DNA of 64,000 nucleotides from Longimicrobiales bacterium (GCA_965248195.1 CBDFIQ010000002.1:3200001-3264000), one strand, 5' to 3'; counted from the stretch's first letter, positions 1 to 10,800 are shown. Numbers and translations are program-made. The notes: generated from the sequence alone by a model not told the origin.

Positions 1-514
1 TCAGCCGAGGCTGCACCCTCTGGGTGGCGAAAATGAACGTGTAGGTTTCGCCGAGGGCGAACTTGGCGTTCACGGGGATCACGTCCATGAGAGCCAAACC
101 GAGGGATCTATCCGACGTCGTGATGGAAATGCCGATCAGCGCCCGCACCGTGGGGTCACCCGGCAGGCCTTGAGGAAGGACCCAATTCTCCCAGTCCAGT
201 TGGTAACGGGCACGGTCGAACGAGAATCCCTCGGGAAGCCGACGCCGGAGTACGGAGGGCACGACCCCGGGACGCGCGTCTGGGGGCCAAGGGATGTTCT
301 CAAGAGACAGGCGATTTGCAGCCCCCTCGACCACGCTGAACGTGGCTCTGACCTGCGTCGCCCGGGCTCGGGTCAGAATTCCCTGCATGGGTGGAATGGC
401 GATGCGGGTAATGATGCTCAGGAGTAGCATCACGGTAATCGCTTCCAATATGGTCGAGCCGCGCAGCTTCTTCGTGCCGGCGCATCGAGTGCCGGTGTGT
501 GGAGAGCCGCTCAA
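1..514 (-). CDS. Type IV pilin/pseudopilin-like protein (partial, runs off window start; absent from ORF track)
   Basis: Manual translation from TTG at 514 (overlapping the upstream TGA): MSGSPHTGTRCAGTKKLRG|STILEAITVMLLLSIITRIAIP... has a basic leader, Gly-1, Glu+5 and a hydrophobic helix, i.e. a class III signal peptide. Frame is open to position 2. Confidence 0.7.
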   Translation of the reverse strand, partial: MSGSPHTGTRCAGTKKLRGSTILEAITVMLLLSIITRIAIPPMQGILTRARATQVRATFSVVEGAANRLSLENIPWPPDARPGVVPSVLRRRLPEGFSFDRARYQLDWENWVLPQGLPGDPTVRALIGISITTSDRSLGLALMDVIPVNAKFALGETYTFIFATQRVQPRL

Positions 515-1047
515 TTCAACACCAACGGGGTCAGTACGCTCGCACCGGCGCCCACGAACGTGTCGAGCGGCTCGACCGAGGAGTACGAGAGTGTCACCCG
601 CGCGGTCCGCCCGAGTATGCGGTAATCACTGTTCGTGAGCCGGATATACGCCATCCCTCGAAAAGCGGGGCCTGCGTCATCGAGTGCGAGGGGCACGCGG
701 CCGGTATCGAGTAGGTACTGCTCGATTTTCTGGGCCTGGAAATACATTACCAGACGAAGGGCCGCCTCCTCCTCCTGCACCGGGGGCGGCCCGGGAGGGC
801 CGACTCGAAGGACATCGGGAGGCCAGCGCCAAATCCACAAAGAGATTGCCGTGGCGATGATGAGGGTCAGATGCCGTAACCCGAATCCTTGACGCCGGAC
901 ACGTACCTTTCGAGCATGCGCCTCGACCTCTTCTTTCACGGTCTGATCGCGCAGCACGGCGGCGAGGGCAGCATCTCGCTCACCGGCCTTACTGACCTCC
1001 ACTTCCGGAGGCTCGGGAGGCGGGTTCGGATCTATGGAATCGCTCAT
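511..1047 (-). CDS. Hypothetical single-pass membrane protein, weakly pseudopilin(GspG)-like C-terminal half
   Basis: ORF 511..1134, likely start ATG 1047 (MSDSIDP). One TM segment, then EAALRLVMYFQAQKIEQYLLDTGRVP. Translationally coupled to the pilin-like gene. Confidence 0.55.
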   Translation of the reverse strand: MSDSIDPNPPPEPPEVEVSKAGERDAALAAVLRDQTVKEEVEAHARKVRVRRQGFGLRHLTLIIATAISLWIWRWPPDVLRVGPPGPPPVQEEEAALRLVMYFQAQKIEQYLLDTGRVPLALDDAGPAFRGMAYIRLTNSDYRILGRTARVTLSYSSVEPLDTFVGAGASVLTPLVLN

Positions 1048-1174
1048 CAAATCACTCAAATCGGCGTCCCTTCCACAGGGACCGATCCCTGAAAGGATTA
1101 TCCTAAAGATATGGGGTGAATTTCCGCAATGCACTCAGTTCATGGGCACGCGGACCCGGTATCTGTGAGCCGGC

Positions 1175-1249
1175 GGTAACGCACCAGTCTCATGTTCGGA
1201 GGCTAACGCGCCAGTCTCTTGTTCGGAGGCTAACGCGCCAGTCTCTTGT
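1175..1249. repeat. 27-bp tandem repeat (about 2.8 copies) containing the ettA stop codon
   Basis: GGTAACGCACCAGTCTCATGTTCGGAG / GCTAACGCGCCAGTCTCTTGTTCGGAG / GCTAACGCGCCAGTCTCTTGT. Confidence 0.9.
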
Positions 1250-2909
1250 GCTTGAGGCGATGGGGCTGTTCAGCTTCCGGTCCAAGCCTCTTCCGCCGAT
1301 CCTCTTCATACTCTTGGTGGTTCCCCTCAAACCACACAGCCCGGCTCTCTCCCTCGAAGGCCAGGATGTGGGTTGCGATCCTATCCAGGAACCACCGGTC
1401 GTGTGAAATGACCATGACCGATCCCGCGAACGAGAGCAGGGCCTCTTCGAGCGCACGAAGCGTGTCGACATCCAGATCGTTCGTAGGCTCATCGAGCAGC
1501 ATGAGATTACCCCCTTCCTTCAGCAATTTGGCCAGGTGGAGCCGATTCCGCTCCCCACCGGAGAGGACGCCTACCTTCTTTTGTTGCTCTGCTCCCCGAA
1601 AGTTGAACCAGGACAGATAGGCCCTCGGATTCACCTCGGCCCGGCCGAACTCGAGGACTTCCCGTCCCTCCGCCACCTCCTCGAAGACGGATTTATCCGG
1701 ATCCAGGTCGGATCTCGACTGGTCGACGTACGCCAGCTTGACGGTCTGTCCCAGCCGGAGGGAGCCCGCCTCCGGCTCTTCCTGGCCGGTGATCATCCGG
1801 AAGAGCGTGGTCTTACCCGCACCATTGGGGCCGATGATTCCGACGATTGCACCCGGCGGAAGCGTGAACGAAAGACCATCCATGAGCAGGTGATCACCAA
1901 AGCCTTTCTTGACCGCGTCACACACAACGACGTCGTTCCCTAGGCGGGGTCCCTTCGGGATGAGGATCTCGGTGGTACGGAGCTGTTCCCGCTCATCCTG
2001 CGCAAGAAGCTCCTCGTAGGCGCCGATCCGAGCTTTACCCTTGGCGTGGCGTGCTCGGGGGGCCATGCGGATCCACTCCAACTCGCGAGTGAGCGAGCTC
2101 TGGCGCGCAGAGGCCTGCTTCTCCTCGACACGGAGCCGCTCGCTCTTCTGCTCCAGCCATGAAGAGTAGTTGCCTTTCCAGGGGACCCCCTCTCCGCGAT
2201 CCAACTCCAGAATCCATTCGGCCACGTTATCGAGGAAGTATCGATCATGGGTGATCGCCACGATGGTCCCGGAAAACTCACTCAAATATCGCTCAAGCCA
2301 AGCGACCGACTCAGCGTCGAGGTGGTTGGTCGGCTCGTCGAGCAGAAGCATGTCAGGTTCTTGAAGGAGAAGCTTGCACAAGGCGACTCTCCGATGCTCT
2401 CCGCCGGACAGCGTATTTACATCCGCATCCGGCGGCGGAACGCGAAGGGCATCCATCGCGATCTCGACCCGGCGGTCCAAGTCCCACGCGTTCGTCGCGT
2501 CGATCCGGTCCTGGATTCGGGCCTGTTTTTCGATGAGTGCCTCCATTTCCTCATCGGTCATCGGTTCGGCGAATTTCATGCTGACCTCCTCGAACTCCGT
2601 CAGGAGGTTCCGTGTCTCGCGAACGGCCTCCTCGACGTTGCCGCGGACGTCGAGCTCGGGGTCGAGCTCGGGCTCCTGCGGCAGATAGCCGATTTTCGTT
2701 CCCTTGGCAGCCCATGCCTCACCGAGGAAGTCTTCGTCCAGCCCAGCCATGATCTTGAGAAGTGTGCTCTTGCCTGATCCGTTCGCACCGACGACCCCGA
2801 TCTTCGCCCCGTGAAAGAAAGACAGCCAAATGCCCTTCAGAATCTCTCGCTTTGGGGGGACGATCTTACGGAGGTCCTTCATCACGTAGATGAACTGCTG
2901 ATCGGCCAT
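1230..2909 (-). CDS. ettA: Energy-dependent translational throttle protein EttA (ABC-F)
   Basis: Two ABC domains ([44 protein letters not shown]), N-terminus [20 protein letters not shown], no TM, 559 aa. Confidence 0.95.
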   Translation of the reverse strand: MADQQFIYVMKDLRKIVPPKREILKGIWLSFFHGAKIGVVGANGSGKSTLLKIMAGLDEDFLGEAWAAKGTKIGYLPQEPELDPELDVRGNVEEAVRETRNLLTEFEEVSMKFAEPMTDEEMEALIEKQARIQDRIDATNAWDLDRRVEIAMDALRVPPPDADVNTLSGGEHRRVALCKLLLQEPDMLLLDEPTNHLDAESVAWLERYLSEFSGTIVAITHDRYFLDNVAEWILELDRGEGVPWKGNYSSWLEQKSERLRVEEKQASARQSSLTRELEWIRMAPRARHAKGKARIGAYEELLAQDEREQLRTTEILIPKGPRLGNDVVVCDAVKKGFGDHLLMDGLSFTLPPGAIVGIIGPNGAGKTTLFRMITGQEEPEAGSLRLGQTVKLAYVDQSRSDLDPDKSVFEEVAEGREVLEFGRAEVNPRAYLSWFNFRGAEQQKKVGVLSGGERNRLHLAKLLKEGGNLMLLDEPTNDLDVDTLRALEEALLSFAGSVMVISHDRWFLDRIATHILAFEGESRAVWFEGNHQEYEEDRRKRLGPEAEQPHRLKHKRLAR

Positions 2910-3004
2910 GCGTGCCGGAAGGCTGTGAAGAAATGGGGCGAGCCGCGTTAGGAGCGTCGACCCGCCTACGGCGGGCTGAACAATCTAACGGAAAGACCCG
3001 GCCT

Positions 3005-4252
3005 CTAAACTGCTACGAAGAGCCCCGTGGCGTACATGACGATCAGCCCGGCTACCAACCCGGCCGCGTTCAGCGGGCCCTTCAAGCCCTCTCGCCCACG
3101 GGAACCCATACTCCTGCCGAGCACCACGATGACCTGAACGATGGCTCCGGCGCCGATCGCCAGGAAGAGAACGCTGGCCGTCGGCGAGTAGGAAAATCCT
3201 CCGATCCAAGTGCCGAGGATCGTGGGAGCTCCCGCGATGAGGCCGAGAATCGCCAGCTTCACCAGCGACGGCCGCGAGCGGGCAAGCGGCGCCACGATGC
3301 CGAGCCCCTCCGTCGTGTTGTGGAGCAGAAACCCGAAGACCAGGCTCGTCCCTAGCGCTACTTCGCCGATCGCATAGGAGGAGCCGATCGCGAGGCCTTC
3401 TCCCAGGTTGTGAAGCCCGATCCCGATGGCGATCAGGGCGGAAAGGCCCAGAGGAGTGATCACGGAGTCACGCCGGCCCATGAGGCTGAAAGCGTGAATA
3501 GCCAGCGGCGTACCGACCACCCCCAACACAATAAGGCCGACCCCCTGAAACGCCGAAGCCACCTGGCCTGTCAAGTCCAATGCGCCCTCCAGCGCATCCA
3601 CCCCGAGGAAGAGCAGCAGGCCCACCGTGAAGCTCAGGAAAAAGTCCACCCAGCGTGGACTCACGCCCGCGAGAAAGGGAAGCCACAAAAGGCCCAAAAA
3701 GACAGGGATGACGCCCACGTATACGCCCAGAAGGGCGAAGGTGACAACATAAGACCGGGTGACTTGTGGAGACTGCGTGGCGACGGCCACTTCCTGCGTG
3801 AAGGTGACTCCGGTTGAGCTTACGATGGAGATGGTCAGCGGATCGCCATCGACCCATGGGTATGGGATTTCCACCACAATGTCGTCGAGACGGCCGACCT
3901 GGCGGTCCGGTGTGACCGTGTGCTCCCAGTATGCGTCGTCCACGATCACCTGCGCCACCGTGACCGGCTCGGGGCCGCCGTTGACCAGACGGACGCGGAT
4001 CAGGCCGGCCTCGGGGAAGGCGATCCGCTCGAAGGTGAGTTCCTCGATCGGTGGAAACGCCGCCCGGAATACGCCGATGGGCCCGATGCGCACGAAAACG
4101 GCCAGGAGGGCTGCCAGCAAGAGCAGTGGGAGCACGCCCTTGGCGGCCAGGGCCATACGCCCCTGGGGAGCCGGGCGGGCAGGCACATCGGACTGAACGG
4201 CGCCGGTGGGCTGACCGTCACTCGTATCCGTGATGCTCGTGGGGGGGGTCAA
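3005..4252 (-). CDS. ZIP-family metal transporter with N-terminal extracytoplasmic domain
   Basis: LHNLGEGLAIG and LLHNTTEGLG metal-site motifs, about 8 TMs. Likely start TTG 4252 overlapping the oxidase stop; start uncertain. Confidence 0.85.
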   Translation of the reverse strand: MTPPTSITDTSDGQPTGAVQSDVPARPAPQGRMALAAKGVLPLLLLAALLAVFVRIGPIGVFRAAFPPIEELTFERIAFPEAGLIRVRLVNGGPEPVTVAQVIVDDAYWEHTVTPDRQVGRLDDIVVEIPYPWVDGDPLTISIVSSTGVTFTQEVAVATQSPQVTRSYVVTFALLGVYVGVIPVFLGLLWLPFLAGVSPRWVDFFLSFTVGLLLFLGVDALEGALDLTGQVASAFQGVGLIVLGVVGTPLAIHAFSLMGRRDSVITPLGLSALIAIGIGLHNLGEGLAIGSSYAIGEVALGTSLVFGFLLHNTTEGLGIVAPLARSRPSLVKLAILGLIAGAPTILGTWIGGFSYSPTASVLFLAIGAGAIVQVIVVLGRSMGSRGREGLKGPLNAAGLVAGLIVMYATGLFVAV

Positions 4253-5301
4253 ACTACCGTACGGGGCTTGACGTCGAAGATCCCCATCCACCCGAGCTCG
4301 GCGAACTCGCTCTGGTGCGCATGGAACATGTACTTCCCGGGGTGATCGTAAGTGAACTCGAGGACGGCGCGTTCGCCCTGGCATAACATCACGGTGTCGG
4401 TCCATTCGTATCGTTCGAGATCCGTCCCGGTGCGGTAGAGGCGAAAGAAATTGCCGTGCAGGTGGAAGGAGTTCAGCAGATCGAACTCGGTCATGTTGCC
4501 GAGGTAGACCCGCACCAGCTCCCCCTGCTCTATTTCGATCGGATGTCTCTGGTAATGGTGGGCCACCGTGTTTACGGCGTAGACCTCGTTGTCGCCGTCG
4601 AAGTTGGTATCGAAGCCGTTCATCAGCATCAGCAATTCGTTGGCTTCTGGCCTTCCCTCCGGCGGATCCACGATGAAAGCACCATACAGGCCCTTATGCA
4701 CATGACGCTTCAAGGGAATGGAGTGGCAGTGATAAAGGTGGAACCCCATCGGGGCCGCGTCGAACTCGTATACGAAACTCTCCCCCGGCCCGACCGTTTC
4801 GAAAACGCCGTCCATCTCAGCGGCGTGGACACCGTGGAAGTGGATCGTGTGCGGGTGACTTCCCGCGTTGGTGAAGTTCACCTTCAGCCGATCGCCTTGG
4901 GTGCAACGGATCGTCGGTCCCGGGACCGTCCCGTTGTAGGTCCACGCCGCGAAATATACACCCGGCGCCACCTCGATCTCCCGGTCCACCGCGGTGATTT
5001 CGTATTCCCGCTTAATCTGGCCGTCCGGGAGCGTTGATACGCGGCCGTAGTCGAAAGTCTTGAGAAAGGCGGTGGCATCGAATCCGTGCGGATTCACGTC
5101 ACCGTCAGCTCCCGCGAGCCCTTGGTCGTGGGCTCCGCCGGCTCCGCTGAGCGTCGGCTCTTCGTCCCCCGGCCCAATTCCAGCCAGTGCTCCCCCCCCC
5201 GCCGCCAGGCCCACCGCTCCGGCCACTCCCGATCTCAGAAGGTCACGACGTGAGATTCCCGGCTGGGCTTGGCCACCTGATTCGTCTTGTCTGTCCGCCA
5301 T
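4249..5301 (-). CDS. Tat-exported two-domain multicopper oxidase
   Basis: SRRDLLR twin-Arg signal; HTIHFHG, YHCH...HVHKGL, SFHLHG, FHAH copper motifs. Confidence 0.9.
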   Translation of the reverse strand: MADRQDESGGQAQPGISRRDLLRSGVAGAVGLAAGGGALAGIGPGDEEPTLSGAGGAHDQGLAGADGDVNPHGFDATAFLKTFDYGRVSTLPDGQIKREYEITAVDREIEVAPGVYFAAWTYNGTVPGPTIRCTQGDRLKVNFTNAGSHPHTIHFHGVHAAEMDGVFETVGPGESFVYEFDAAPMGFHLYHCHSIPLKRHVHKGLYGAFIVDPPEGRPEANELLMLMNGFDTNFDGDNEVYAVNTVAHHYQRHPIEIEQGELVRVYLGNMTEFDLLNSFHLHGNFFRLYRTGTDLERYEWTDTVMLCQGERAVLEFTYDHPGKYMFHAHQSEFAELGWMGIFDVKPRTVV

Positions 5302-5333
5302 GCGGCTGCCTTGATTGAGGTTGCCCCAATATA

Positions 5334-5378
5334 AAATTTAGGTTTGCCTAATTTTGAAGGAAAAGAGCCGCATGTCAA
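5334..5378 (-). promoter_or_regulatory. Sigma70-type promoter overlapped by DtxR/MntR/SirR-type operator
   Basis: Minus strand TTGACA(5378-5373)-N16-CAAAAT. AT-rich palindrome AAATTTAGG-TTTG-CCTAATTTT (core TTAGG..CCTAA 5338-5351) overlaps the -10. Confidence 0.7.
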
Positions 5379-5468
5379 GATTGTCTCATTGAAAGTCGGG
5401 CGATTCGATGTAGACTCGACTGGACGCGAGGCGACATAAGGCGGACGTGTAGACAATCAGGAGTCCGG

Positions 5469-6737
5469 ATGATCGGGATCGTTGGGGGCGGAATCTCGGG
5501 CTTGGTTCTCGCCTACGAGCTTCGCCGTTTGGGTGTCGACGTCACTGTCTGGGAGGCGGCGAGCGTTCCGGGCGGGGTAATGCGATCCCAACTTCACGGG
5601 GATCTCGTCCTGGAGTTGGGTCCGCAAAGGGCGCGACTGAGCGATCCGTTCCGGCGGCTCGTCGAGAGCGTGGGGCTGACCGGCGAGTTGGTTACGGCAC
5701 CCACGGATCTCCCGCTCTACGTGTATCATCGGGGCCGACTTCGGCAGGCGCCCTTGTCGCTTTCTCAGGCGGTGACCACGGATCTTCTTCCTTTGTGGAC
5801 CAAGGCGCGGGTGCTTGTCGAGCCCTTCACCGCGGGCCCGAGGGTGGGCGAACATGTGGGCCCCTTCTTGAGAAGGAAGTTCGGCAGTGTCACGTATCGA
5901 GCCCTATTGGGGCCCCTCTATGGTGGCCTCTACGCGTCCGATCCGGATCGCATGCCGGTAAGGCACGCGCTCCAAAGGACACTGGTGGAGCTTGGTGTCG
6001 AGAGGAGTATTCTGTGGCGGATGTTCCGTGGCGCGGCACGGGCGGCCGAGGCCGCGCCCTGCACTTTCCGGAACGGATTGGGGTCGCTTCCGCTTGCGAT
6101 AGCCGAGAAGCTGGAGGGAAGCCTCCAGCTGGAGACTCCAGTGCGGGCGCTGGTGAGGGCGGCTGCCGGGTGGGATGTTACCGTGGATGGCGCCGAAGCG
6201 GTGCGGGCGGATGCGGTCGTCTTGACGTGTCCCTCCGATGTGTCCGCTCGCCTCCTCGGTGGCACCTATCCGAGGGAGGAGGCGTGGCTGTCCGCTCTTC
6301 GGTACAACCGTCTCGCGCTCGTTTATCTCAGGGCCGAGACCAAGCTCCATGGCCTCGGATATCAGGTGGCGTTCGGGGAATCTCTCGAAACGAGGGGTGT
6401 GACGTGGAACGCCAGTCTATTTGGGCGGCCCGGCCTCTATACGGCGTATTTGGGCGGCATGAAGAACCCGGCGCTTTGTGACTGGGACGATGGCCGGATC
6501 GCCGAAATCGCCTGTGAAGAGTTCGAAGTTGCCACCGGATACCGGGCGGAGGCGCTCCATGTTGCCAGGACCCGGATCCCTGCGTGGGACGAGACCTGGG
6601 ATGGTGTCGGGAGCGTCGAGTGGCCGCCGGACCTGCACATTTGTTCGAACTACACGGCTCGGCCGGGGATCCTGGGTAGGATCACCGAGGCCAAACGTCT
6701 GGCGGCGGCACTCGGAAAGAAATACCCGCTGGAATAG
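5469..6737 (+). CDS. hemY: HemY-type protoporphyrinogen/coproporphyrinogen oxidase
   Basis: GGGISG FAD motif, ELGP, GLYASDP; convergent with ferrochelatase. Confidence 0.85.
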   Translation: MIGIVGGGISGLVLAYELRRLGVDVTVWEAASVPGGVMRSQLHGDLVLELGPQRARLSDPFRRLVESVGLTGELVTAPTDLPLYVYHRGRLRQAPLSLSQAVTTDLLPLWTKARVLVEPFTAGPRVGEHVGPFLRRKFGSVTYRALLGPLYGGLYASDPDRMPVRHALQRTLVELGVERSILWRMFRGAARAAEAAPCTFRNGLGSLPLAIAEKLEGSLQLETPVRALVRAAAGWDVTVDGAEAVRADAVVLTCPSDVSARLLGGTYPREEAWLSALRYNRLALVYLRAETKLHGLGYQVAFGESLETRGVTWNASLFGRPGLYTAYLGGMKNPALCDWDDGRIAEIACEEFEVATGYRAEALHVARTRIPAWDETWDGVGSVEWPPDLHICSNYTARPGILGRITEAKRLAAALGKKYPLE

Positions 6738-6767
6738 CTCTAAGCATACCACCCTCTACGACCAGCA

Positions 6768-7802
6768 TCACTCGGAAGCGTTGAGACAGAACGTCGAGGG
6801 CGTTGCTCGGCAGAGGCAGCGGCGCAGGCCCAGTTCGCCCATGATCGGCTCGGGCCGAAGTATATCCTCCACGAGATCCGCGAGAAGCTCCGCGAACGCG
6901 GGATCGTCATGGGGAATCGGTATGCGGTGAAACTCGAGGCCGGCCTCCTCCGCAACTTCCCGGAGTTCGCCGTCCAACTCCGCGAGCGTTTCGGACTGCT
7001 CATGCATGAAACTCACCGCATCGACGATGACTCGAGCTGCATCGACCTCCCGGATTACGGTTTCGATCTCGGGAGCGGTCCATTCGATGTCACGGTTCGT
7101 ATGGTTCTGGTACCCGAGCGCGTAGTTGCTGATGCCGAGTTCCCGGGCCACGTTACGGCAAGCCTCCTCGACGTAATCCACGTACCGTGGACCGTCATCC
7201 AAGTACTTCACCGGCGTACCGTGAGCCGAAAAGACGAGTGTGGTGTCCGACGCGTGGAGGTCGACTCCCTCCCGTTTCACGTAGTCGAGAATGGCGTCCG
7301 CGCGGAGTCTTCGATACGCCGGGTGCCGATGCCAGCCCGTGATCTCACGGAGGGGCACGTCCCACGAGAGCTCGGTGACGGCGGCCTGAACGTCCTCCAG
7401 GGCCCCTATCGTGGTGGACCTCCCGCAGAGGGGGTAGATGGGGAGGGCCACGAGTTGATCGACCCCCTGGGCTTGCGCTTCGGCCACCGCCGCCCCGACA
7501 AAGGGCTCGGTAAACTGCATTCCCGAGTAACACCGGACGTCCAGGTCCCGCCGGCGAAGAATGCGTTCGACCATGCGGGCCTGCCTTCGGGCCTGCCGGA
7601 TCATGGGCGATCCGCCGATCTCCTCATATTCCTCGATGAGCCCAGGTGCCCTTGCTTCGGCGAGCTTTCGGGCGCGATTCTTCCCCTTATTGGATTCCAG
7701 AGATGAGTTTCGAGCGAAAATACGCTCCAAGAAGGGAATGACCTCCTCGAGCGTGGAATTCTCGGGTTCGCCGAAGTTCAGAATTAAAACACCGACCTTC
7801 AT
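6768..7802 (-). CDS. hemH: Ferrochelatase (proto- or coproporphyrin)
   Basis: GVLILNFGEP, IGGSP, FSAHGTP, SFMHEQSETLAELD; Cys-rich C-terminus. Confidence 0.92.
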   Translation of the reverse strand: MKVGVLILNFGEPENSTLEEVIPFLERIFARNSSLESNKGKNRARKLAEARAPGLIEEYEEIGGSPMIRQARRQARMVERILRRRDLDVRCYSGMQFTEPFVGAAVAEAQAQGVDQLVALPIYPLCGRSTTIGALEDVQAAVTELSWDVPLREITGWHRHPAYRRLRADAILDYVKREGVDLHASDTTLVFSAHGTPVKYLDDGPRYVDYVEEACRNVARELGISNYALGYQNHTNRDIEWTAPEIETVIREVDAARVIVDAVSFMHEQSETLAELDGELREVAEEAGLEFHRIPIPHDDPAFAELLADLVEDILRPEPIMGELGLRRCLCRATPSTFCLNASE

Positions 7803-7899
7803 CGCTCAGGCGTCGGCGCTCCACCTAGGAGCTGGAACCCTGGCACCTGGACCCGTGCGTTAGCACGGATGGCGGCCCACTGTACCTCTTCAACACCCT

Positions 7900-10800
7900 T
7901 CAAGGGGTCCTCGACAACGCCCGGTAGTACTCCTCGACCAAGCGCCGGAAGCCTGTGGGGACCTCATCAGAACCGGACACGAAGACCCGATCCTGCCCCT
8001 CTCCCTCCAGCTCTCGCCGCAGGCCGAATTCCAATTGTTTCAATCCCTCGACGATCTGCGACTGGAGCCGATTCAATTCAGCCAGGTCCAAGTAGACGTC
8101 CTCGCGGTCCAACTGCCTCAGAGCCCGGATCACCTCGCCGAGTTGCTGCTGGTTCAGATCCTCCTCCTCGAGAATACGCTGCAGCTCAATCGCCTCCTGG
8201 ATGCGCTGGCGAGCCTCGCCTCGGAACTGCCGGATGTCCCCCCTTGAGAGACGGCCGAGTCTCGAGCCGGAATATCCGCCTCGCGTACCGAAGCCCCCAC
8301 GATCTTGGCCGATCTGCCCGTCCCCGCCGCCCTGACCTCCTTGTTGGCCTCCCTGCTGACCTTGACCTTGTTGGCCCTGACCTTGTTGGCCCTGACCTTG
8401 CTGGCCTTGCTGACCCTGTTGCCCCTGACCCTGCTGGCCCTGACCTTGTTGACCCTGCTGGCCCTGTTGATCCTGACCTTGCTGACCCTGACCTTGTTGG
8501 CTCTGGTCGCCCCGCTCACCCAGCCTCCGTGACAGCGACTCGGCGCCCCGCGAGAGGTCTCTCGCCCGGTCGAGCGCCTCCGCCCGGCGGTCCGCCTGGT
8601 TCTCACCAATCGCGTCGGTCGCCCGATCCAGCTCCTGCTGGAGCTCCTCGACGATTCGTGTGGTCTCGGCCTCGAACTCGTTCACGTACTCTGGATCCCG
8701 GTGGCCGATGAGCCCCCGGGAATAACGGACACGTTCCTTGAGCTTGTCGTCCCGGATCGTAGTCGCGGCCTCGCGCAACCGGTCCGACGCCTCCCTCTGG
8801 TCGGCCCGTGCGTCGCTCGCGAGCCGGTCGATCTCCCGTTCCAAGTCGGCGATTTCTTCGTTCATCGCTTCCTTGCGTTCGAATAGGCGTCTTCCAGCCT
8901 CCGAGCCTGACCCACCGCTCGCCTCGCCGAGGCGGTTCATGTCCGCCTCCATCTCACGCTGTTCGCGGACCAGTTCCGCCGCTCTTTGTTCGGCCTCCTC
9001 GACATCGTTGCGGAGCCGGTCCACACGATCTCGTTGGAGGCGCCGCTGCGCCTCTTCCAACCGATCGAGGGCCGAGTTGGCGTCAGCGGTCGCTGAGCTC
9101 CCCGATGCGGCCGCCGCGCGACGCATGTCCGCAGCCGCCTCCTGAATTCGCCGAGAAGCGTCCATCAGCTGCTGGTCGTTCGTGTCCCGGGCAAGACGTT
9201 CGAGGCGCCGTGCCGCCGCCTCGGTTTCGTCGGCGAGCTCACGCTGAGCGCGGTCACTGGCGCCGCCCGAAGCGCCCCCCTGTTGGGCGGCGGCCCTGCG
9301 CTGCCGCTCCGCCTGCTGCTGCTGCCGCCTGGCGAGTTCCTTCAGCGCCTCCAGCGTCTCGTCGAGCTGGTCACCGGCCTGTCGGCGCTCACCGCGCTCG
9401 ACGGTCTCGTACTGGTTCTTGAGCTTATCGAGCTCGAGCTCAAAGAGATCGGCTAGGTCATCGGCTCTCGCGCCGCCACCCCCGCCCCCGCCCCCCTGTC
9501 CTCCTTGACTGACCTCGACCTCATAGTTCTCCTCGGCCTTCTGGAGATGCAGGAGTGCTCTCAGTTCCGGCGAGATCGCTTCCTGAAGCTCCCCACTCCC
9601 GAGGATTTCTTCCGCGGCCTCCATCTCGGCGATGGCCTCGCCCAGCAACTCGGAAATCTTCTGGAACTCGGAATCGTTTCCCAGGCCGCGAGCCCTCAGC
9701 CGTTGCAACAGTCCGGCCACCTGCTCGCGCGCGCGCCCCTGAGCTAGGCGTACGCTGACCAGGTTCTCCTGGAACTCGCTTTCGTTATAAAGCTCGCGGT
9801 CTCGCACCAGGTTGTACGTGGCTGCGACCACCTGCTCTTGGAGCTCGGAGAGAGCACGCTCTTCCTGTCCTCCACCGCCGCCGCCACCGCCTCCGCCTCC
9901 CTGCTCGGCCTGGCGGAAATCGACCCGGAAGGGACGGATCTGGACGAAATAGATATCGCTCTTGGCGGTGCGGCTATCGGGTCCCCGGTTGGCGTCCTCA
10001 ACCTGGGCGTAATAGGAAATGAGGTCGCCGGGCTCGAGGCCGTAGTCCTCGAGGAAGAGCGTGTGGCCCGCGGTAACCTCCGGTGTCGGGCGGCCGTCGA
10101 ACAACGGAACCGTGTCCTCGGGGCCACCGTTGACCGAGTATATGAGGAGCAGGTCAGAGACACCGTAGTCGTCGTCGGCCTTCGCTTCGAGGTAAAGTTC
10201 CTCGATTGGACTCGCACGCTCATCACGCCCGGGCTTGGAAAACGACACGGACGGTGGCTGATCCGTAAGGACGTCGATCATGTATTGGGGAGAGGCCGGA
10301 ACTAGCTCTCCGCCTGCCCGCGCCAGAGCGACTTCGTAATACCCCTCGCGCTCGACGGTCAGGCTCGCTGTCCACGTGCCGTCTCCTTCGTCGGTGAGTG
10401 CCACCGCCTCGCCGTCGACTAGGAGCTGCCCGCCCGGCGTGAGCATCGTCGGGAAGACTCTCAGCCTCACTACGGTCCCTCGGAGCGCGGCGATGTCGCC
10501 CCCGAATTCGACCGTGCGGGAAGCGAGCCCTGTGTATGCTGGAAAGTGATACTCCAACTCGAGATGCTCCACATACGGGAGATCGGCCACCTCGATTCGG
10601 TGCGTATCCGATCGAAGGCCGCCGGACTCGACGAAATAGTCCGTGTTCTCGTCCAGGCTGAGAAGAAGGAGCTCGAAACCCGCCGATCCGTCCGTCAGCA
10701 TGGAAAGCGCGTCGAACGCGTCCGCGGACTCCCCACGAAAGAAGATCTGCACGTCCTCGGTCTCGAAGCCATGGAGCTCGGCCGTGACGAGTTGATCGGA

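Noticed and set aside
1175..1249. Possible CRISPR array
   Set aside because: Repeats are head-to-tail with no spacers, and there are no cas genes.
4249..5301. Copper nitrite reductase NirK
   Set aside because: Both domains keep HxH pairs typical of the trinuclear site of two-domain MCOs; context is metal transport.
8305..8532. Leu/Thr/Ala-rich membrane peptide ORF on the + strand
   Set aside because: It is the antisense shadow of the QQG coding repeat.
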